Assembly: GCA_951406725.2 (NCBI GenBank)
Contig: OX597818.1
Location: 58,528,001-58,592,000, forward strand
Reading direction: 5' to 3'
DNA: 64,000 nt
Source of the DNA: Octopus vulgaris
Lineage: Eukaryota
Shown here: one piece after another, positions 57,590 to 64,000 of the stretch
How the letters are laid out: each line of letters opens with the position of its first letter
Position numbering within the stretch: position 1 is the stretch's first letter
Translations under genes and position numbers: made by a program
Notes under the pieces: generated by a model
What the model saw: the letters and a program-made list of their open reading frames with translations, nothing else
What the model was told of the DNA's origin: nothing
The model's database searches: none

Positions 57590-57945
57590 GTGTCTACTAT
57601 AGCCTCGGGCCGACCAAAGCATTCTGAGTGGATTTGTATATATATATATATATGTGTATGTGTGTGTGTATATATGTATATACATATATATATATGTGTG
57701 TGTGTGTGTGTGTATGTGTGTGTTTGTGTATGTATGTGTATATGTTTGTGTGTCTGTGTTTGTCCTCCAATATTGATTGACAACCGATGGTGGTGTGTTA
57801 ACGTCCCCGTCACTTAGCGGCTCGGCAAAAGAGTCCTATAGAATAAGTACTAGGCTTCCAAAGAATAAGTTCTGGGGTCGATTTGCCCGACTAAAGGCGG
57901 TGCTGCTGCATGGCCGCAGTCAAATGACTGAAACAAGTAAAAGAG
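57590..57945 (+). mobile_element. SINE family B, 3' part
   Basis: ctactatagcctcgggccgaccaaagc...aaggcggtgctgctgcatggccgcagtcaaatgactgaaacaagtaaaag. Confidence 0.9.
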
Positions 57946-58185
57946 TATATATATGCTCACACACATACAGACATACGTGCGTACACATGCACTCCGACGC
58001 ACCAACAAACAAGCAAAAAGAACAAACACAGCTCCGATAACGGACAGAGTCAGCAACTGTTGAATAGGTTGCAAAGAAACAATGAACATTTTCCCACACA
58101 AAAAATTAAGAAAGAAATGAGTGTAAATGAAACCGGTGAGTGTGTTAATAAGGCATAAAAACAGAATAACTCTCCCCAGACAACA

Positions 58186-58227
<42 letters not shown>

Positions 58228-58262
58228 GTAAATGTAATATGAGACAATTGTTCAGTAGCCTC

Positions 58263-58323
58263 GACAAAACTCCGAGTTTCGGATGCCGAGGTGGAAATCC
58301 ACGCCGCCATCTCTTCAGTTATC
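58263..58323 (-). ncRNA. Type I hammerhead ribozyme with canonical core and extended stem II
   Basis: gataa-CTGAAGA-gatg-gcggc-gtgga-tt-tccac-ctcgg-catc-c-GAAAC-tcgga-GTT-ttgtc, inside a ~125-bp segment bounded by (TA)n on both sides. Confidence 0.78.
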
Positions 58324-58850
58324 CGCCCATCGGAAAAATGGTATGAAAAAATTATATATATATACATATTGTTTTGGAGAAATTCCATGCCTTCTAAGTG
58401 TCTAAGTTACTAAATATTTTGGAAGAATACACTTGTCGATTTAATCGCCTCAAGTATCTGGCTGTTGTTTCTTTTATCAATATTGGAAAGATGAAAAGAA
58501 AATATACGCCTACAGGATATGAAAGGAGGCTGTAATTATATCGGTTACACTACTGATTAGCGTAGAATATGGTTTAAGAATCCGTCTTGGCAGAATAGTT
58601 TGGGCATCTTGCGGTATTTTTTTCCGGCTATTTACGTCGCTATTGAAATTCACCTGTAGTCACCTTTAACTTTTATGACTCCAGAATCGATATATCAAGA
58701 ATCAGTCAACTATAGAGGTCACTATTTTATATCTTGCTAGTTGATTCTTCCCCTTCTCTCTCTCTTTCTCTCTCTCTCTGTCTCTCTCTCTCACTCTCTT
58801 TTCTCTCTATCGTCCCCCCTCTGTTGTTGCATTGTGATATATTGCATGTG

Positions 58851-59232
58851 TGGAGGCACAATGGCCCATTGGTTAGGGCAGCGGACTCGCGGTCGTAGGA
58901 TCGCGGTTTCGATTCCCAGATTGGGTGTTGTTACGGTTTATTAAGCGAAAACACCTAAAACTCCAGGATGCTCTGGCAGGGGATGGCATTGAACCTTGCT
59001 GTACTCTTTCACCACAACTTCTCTCTCTCTTTCTTACTTTTTCTGTTGTACCTGTATTTCAAAAGGGGCCAGTTTCGTCACAGTCTGTGTCACGCTGTGT
59101 CTCCCGAGAACTACGTTAAGGTTACACGTGTCTGTGGAGTGATCAGATACTTGTAAGTTAATTTTACGAGCAGGCTGTTCCGTTGATCGGATCAACTGCA
59201 ACCCTCGTCGTCGTGATCGACAGAGTGCCACG
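58851..59232 (+). mobile_element. SINE family A, full length
   Basis: tRNA-like head ggcacaatggcccattggttagggcagcggactcgcggtcgtaggatcgcggtttcgattccc, complete body and tail. Confidence 0.92.
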
Positions 59233-59587
59233 ATATATTACGTGTGAGGCTTCGTCTTCTACCTGACTCTGTATACATTCCTTGAAAACGGAAACTGGTT
59301 AAAAATAAAGAATAAAGAAAAACTCATTGCTCTACTGTAGTAGAAAATGTAGAAGTTTTGAAGAAGCTTCGTAGTATTAAACTACAGTTTTGTGCGTGTT
59401 ACTTTCTAATCACCAAATGTTTAATCACAGGCTTTAAACCATCCAAGATAAAATTGTAAAACAGCAGCGAATTACGTGGGTGCTTTATTAATTATATACA
59501 CTTCTAATTTGTGGATGTTTAATCAATGTTTTTCTTCTATATCGTTAATCCTCAAATTAATGGAACCTTAAAAGGCCTTGTAGAATT

Positions 59588-59848
59588 GTTTGTTGTTGTT
59601 GTTTGTTCCTTCTTGAGCCACGCCTGGCTCATCAGGGCCGGTTTTCCGGTTTCCTTGTCGTATAGGATCCCCACCTGGATGAAGTTGTGGTCAAAGAGTC
59701 AGCAGAAGATTGCCATTACTTTCTGCCGGAGCCGCGTGGAGCTTAGGTGTTTCGCTCACAAACATACACATCGCCCGGTCTGAGATTCGAACTCGCGATC
59801 CCTCGACCGCAAATCCGCTGCTCTAACCACTAGGCCATATGCCTCCAC
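59588..59848 (-). mobile_element. SINE family A head and body with a third tail type ending in (AAC)n
   Basis: Head ggcatatggcctagtggttagagcagcgg..gttcgaatctc; tail ggaaaccggaaaaccggccctgatgagcc..aacaacaac. Confidence 0.8.
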
Positions 59849-60022
59849 CTCGTAGTATTAAACTACGGTTTTTTACGTACTGCTTTCGAATCACCAAATG
59901 TCTAATGAAAGATTTTAAACCGTTCAGGATAAAATTGTAAAATAACAGTGTATTACTTGGGTGCTTTTCTTAAAATTATAAACACTTCCAATTTGTGGAT
60001 GTTGAATCAATGTTTTTCTTCT

Positions 60023-60406
60023 CTGGAAGCACTCCGTCGGTTACGACGATGAGGGTTCCGGTTGATCCGACCAACGGAACAGCCTGCTCGTGAAATTAAC
60101 GTGTAAGTGGCTGAGCACTCCACAGACACGTGTACCCTTAACGTAGTTCTTGGTGATATTCAGCGTGACACAGAGTGTGACAAGGCTGGCCCTTTGAAAT
60201 ACAGGTACAGCAGAAACAGGAAGTAAGAGTGAGAGAAAGTTGTGGGGAAAGAGTACAGCAGGGATCACCACCATCCCTGCCGGAGCCTCGTGGCGCTTTA
60301 GGTGTTTTCGCTCAATAAACACTCACAACGGCCGGTCTGGGAATCGAACCGCAATCCTACGACCGCGAGTCCGCTGCCCTAACCACTGGGCCATTGCGCT
60401 TCCACT
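60023..60406 (-). mobile_element. SINE family A, full length, with a 10-bp TSD
   Basis: TSD tttttcttct at 60013-60022 and 60407-60416; empty site in the paralogous duplicate. Confidence 0.93.
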
Positions 60407-60839
60407 TTTTTCTTCTATATCGTTAATCCCCGAAGTTATTAGAGAAACACAGTCTTCTAAAGATAAAACTTCTCTATCATTTCATTACCTGCTAAGAGTT
60501 TCACTTTTTGGATTACTGCCATGCTGGGTATCACTTTGAAGGTATTTCTTTAATCTAACAACTCACCTCTGGTACTTACATATTTCTGTAAGTGATATAT
60601 TTATCTTATGAAATCTTAGCGTCCTTTTTTTGCCTAGTCACTAAGCGACGGGAAAACAAAAAATAGAATCGATTTTCTGAGTGTTGGGAAACAAACACAA
60701 ACGGGCGCTTAAACAAACACACACACACACACGCAAAAAGATATATATGCGTGTGGCTGTATGTGTGTGCGGGTATATATAAATGTGTATATCTATGTAT
60801 AAAGGATAGGATTCGGGATGTATAAAGGATAGGGGAGCT

Positions 60840-61190
60840 AGAAAGAAGTTAGCATTGTATGTAATGAAACCAGTGGTATCTACCCTAGATACAGCAGTAA
60901 AGACTAGAATAGGATACAGAGAGATTGTGACAAATCAAAGAGGGTGAACACATGGGAGAAGGTTGAGAAATATCCAGGAGCGATGTTTATAGAAGCCAGA
61001 GCCAATGGGAAACTAGCACGTAGATTTAGGAATGATCTGAAGGAGACCAAACACAACAATAAGATCATTGAAAAACCAGGGAGCTCCATCAGATCGCAGT
61101 TATATAGGACGTACCTCTTCAAGCATAACATATTCACACGTTAGAACTGCATTGCGTGTAAGATTAACCCCCGTAACAAATAGGAAAAAC
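60840..61190 (+). mobile_element. PLE linker-region remnant (distinct clade)
   Basis: MFIEARANGKLARR..KIIEKPGSSIRSQL..R*NCIAC resembles the FVxxTxxGxL..KVVExxG..CxxC linker of marine PLEs. Confidence 0.6.
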
Positions 61191-62587
61191 ACGTCAAAGG
61201 CAGAGATACCCCCTATAACAACAGTATAGATATACAGAGTTAGATTTGTTGGAAATATAAAGTAAACAAATAGGTAAGTACTGTTCTATATTTAAGAGAT
61301 GACGAATTGTTTACATTATTTACATTATTTACAATTGACGGATATTTGTCCTCATCTTGTGAATTACCATGTATATGCGTGTGAGTGTATGTGTATGGAG
61401 GTATATATATTTCTATGTGTGTATCCATGTATAAAGATATGCGTTTGTGTGTATGTGTGTGAGTGTGTTTGTGCATACGAGCTGTTTTCACCCAATTTTC
61501 ATGTTCCTACTTCACCCAGAAGGCGTTGACCCAGTGCTACAAGAGAAGATACTTGCCCAAGGGGGCTTCGCAGCTGGACTGAACAACAAAATAAATGGCT
61601 TCAAAACAAGCTTCTTAACTACGCATAAGTCTTCGCCTATGAATATATTGAAACAAATTTTATATCTTTAGATATATTTGTTTCTGGTCTTATCGATCAT
61701 CGTAGAGGTCTAATCGATGACAGCTGAAACATATAAGTGTATAAGGGTGATACGAAATACTACAAGTCATTCTCTGTGAATATCTTCTTCATACAATTGC
61801 CTTTATATTATACATTTCTTACTTAAATAAAAGGCTTATATATAAATGAGAAAGATAAGGGATTATATGGCGTTCATGCTCAACCGATGAGTAATATCAG
61901 TACATTTGAAGTAAGAGGCTTTCAGTAATGAATCTGAATGAAAGCACGTACGAAATTCTTCAAATGTTGAGGCTAAATTTGTATTCCTGTAAAAATCAAT
62001 ATATGCTATATGATTGCCGCTATTGCATGTATACAGTAAAAATCCCAAAATGAAAGTGAAAGTAGAATAGAATAGAATAAAACAAACTATTTTAGCAGCG
62101 TGTAAATGTACAGGAAAAAAAGGTAACTGATATTAACGAGTTTCTGCTTGCGTGGGCGGAAACCGTATATCAATGTGAAGAATAAATGTAATCCGTAAGT
62201 GGCCATCCAATTTAACAATCCTCAGTACAAATACACTCCCTGATTTACGGTATTTCCTAGCCTGCAACTGTACATAGGAACGTTTTCGGCGTCCATTAAA
62301 CAGCTTAAAGTACTCGTTACCTCTTTCGCTGTCGTTAATCTTTTTACGCGCTCAAATTATTATGCATCGTTTTAGGTTATAATCAAGGAACAAATAATAA
62401 TATATTGCGTCAGTTCACGACCAATAATACTCGTTGGGACATATGGAAATGATATTCCATCCATATATTATTAGTTCTCGCTCACACACTAAGCGTACAC
62501 ACGTCACTGACTCCTTCCCTATCGATAAACGTTTGTGAATCTGATCGCGGGTGTGTATGTATATCGTGGTATATCTCAGTCCTTTGA

Positions 62588-62995
62588 AGGCGGTGAGTTG
62601 GTAGAAACGTTAGCACGCCGGACGAAATGCTTGGCGGTATTTCGTCTTCCGCTACGTTCTGAGTTCAAATTCCGCCGAGGTCGACTATGCCTTTCATCCT
62701 TTCGGGGTCGATAAATTAATTACCAATTACGCACTGGAGTCGATGTAATCGAGTTAATCCGTTTGTCTGTCCTTGTTTGTCCCCTCTATGTTTAGCCCCT
62801 TGTGGGTAGTAAAGAAATAGGTATTTCATCTGCCGTTACGTTCTGAGTTCAAATTCCGCCGAGGTCGACTTTGCCTTTCATTCGATAAATTAAGTACCAA
62901 TTACGCACTGGGGTCGATGTAATCGAGTTAATCAGTTTGTCTGTCCTTGTTTGTCCCCTCTATGTTTAGCCCCCTGTAGGCAATAAAGAAAAAGG
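62588..62995 (+). mobile_element. SINE family C dimer
   Basis: Head at 62588; second unit restarts at tatttc (62822). Confidence 0.92.
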
Positions 62996-63394
62996 TATAT
63001 ATTAGTCCTTCGAAACTTCGTTCGATCAACTGGCATGCAGTCGCATGTAAGGTTAAATCAATTCTTTTGTAGAATAATCAGCGTCACACTTTCCGTGACA
63101 AGGTGGTACCTACCATTTTATTCTGCTTGCTTTTACTAACATGTTCGGGGCAAACCGAGGGTATTCTCAGATTTACACACAGATTGATCCAACTCGGGGT
63201 CTCAAAGAAACGAAGCGAAGATCTTAACCCCATTCGGGTGTTTGAATACATGTGTGTGTGTGTATGTGTGTGTCTGTCTGTCTCTGTCTGTCTCTGTGTG
63301 TACGTGTGTGCGTGCGTGTGTGAATATTTCTCGGAAACTAATTTTCCTGTGGATAGCAATGTAATTCTTAATAATTTACAATGGTAAAGTGGAA

Positions 63395-63780
63395 TGCGGG
63401 CAGAATCGTTACCACACCGGGCGAAATGCGTGGCCGTATTTCGCCTGCCGTTACGTTCTGAGTTCAAATTCCGCCATGGTCGACTTTGCCTTTCATTCTT
63501 TCGGAGTCGATAAATTAAGTACTAGTTACGAACTGGGGTCGATCTAATCGACTTAATACGTTTGTTTGTCCTTGTTTGTTCCCTGTGTGTGTAGCCCCTT
63601 ATGGGTAGTAAAGGAATAGGCAGTTTGTCCGGCTATACGGTATGGGTATAACTTCCACCAAAGTCGATTCTGCCATTCATCCTTTCATGGTTCATTAAAC
63701 TATGTACCAGTTGTGTACTGGGATCAATGTAATCCACTTACACCTTCCCCGAAATTGCTGGCCTTGTGCCAAAATCTCAA
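63395..63780 (+). mobile_element. SINE family C dimer (second unit decayed, terminal-type tail)
   Basis: Near-consensus first unit, then gtcgattctgccattcatcctttc..ggccttgtgccaaaa. Confidence 0.85.
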
Positions 63781-64000
63781 AATAATAATTTAGAAAGTCA
63801 GAATTTATATTAGAATAACTTCCTAGTATTTATGGTTGAAATCGTGTTAATGTTAGAGAAATGTTTGACTCCTACATGCCTTGAATGTAGATTATAAACC
63901 ATTTCAACATCTACCTTGGGACATGTCATCCATTATATAAAATACGTTCTGTCTGTCTGTGTGTGTGTCTTCTAGGATATCAAGCATCCTCCATGCATTT

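Larger units (their letters stand above)
59370..60430 (+). repeat. Old ~210-bp tandem duplication with two later SINE insertions
   Basis: cgtagtattaaactac...atcaatgtttttcttctatatcgttaatcc at 59370-59551, and again at 59851-60022 plus 60407-60430. Confidence 0.85.

Noticed and set aside
58851-58925. tRNA gene-like sequence (also at the other SINE heads)
   Set aside because: It continues into a SINE body and tail, is multi-copy and diverged, and has no proper acceptor stem.
59610-59640. CTGATGA-gcc..ggc on the minus strand, hammerhead-like
   Set aside because: No GAAA follows stem II; it reads as a SINE 3' tail stem-loop.

Overview
AT-rich, microsatellite-saturated eukaryotic DNA with no host protein-coding exon that I can support. 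The SINE repertoire and (TA)n/(TATC)n density suggest a coleoid cephalopod, probably Octopus (inference). Most listed ORFs are translations of simple repeats. The window is mostly transposon debris. It contains a young 5'-truncated Penelope/Poseidon element (RT + GIY-YIG, 36070-37495) and several other Penelope-like (PLE) remnants. It also holds 3' ends of CR1/L2-, Tx1/L1- and R4/Dong-type LINEs, mariner, Tc1 and hAT relics, a non-autonomous Helitron, a MITE carrying TTAGGG repeats, and many copies of three tRNA-derived SINE families. The strongest unannotated signal is about a dozen minimal type I hammerhead ribozyme motifs in short, ORF-less, (TA)n-anchored and often foldback elements. One lies in a ~353-bp retrozyme-like unit with a ~430-bp palindrome. 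Other leads are head-to-tail SINE multimers with a fixed junction and a speculative, highly decayed negative-strand RNA virus polymerase-like segment at ~28.5-30.0 kb. All folds and translations were read by eye.
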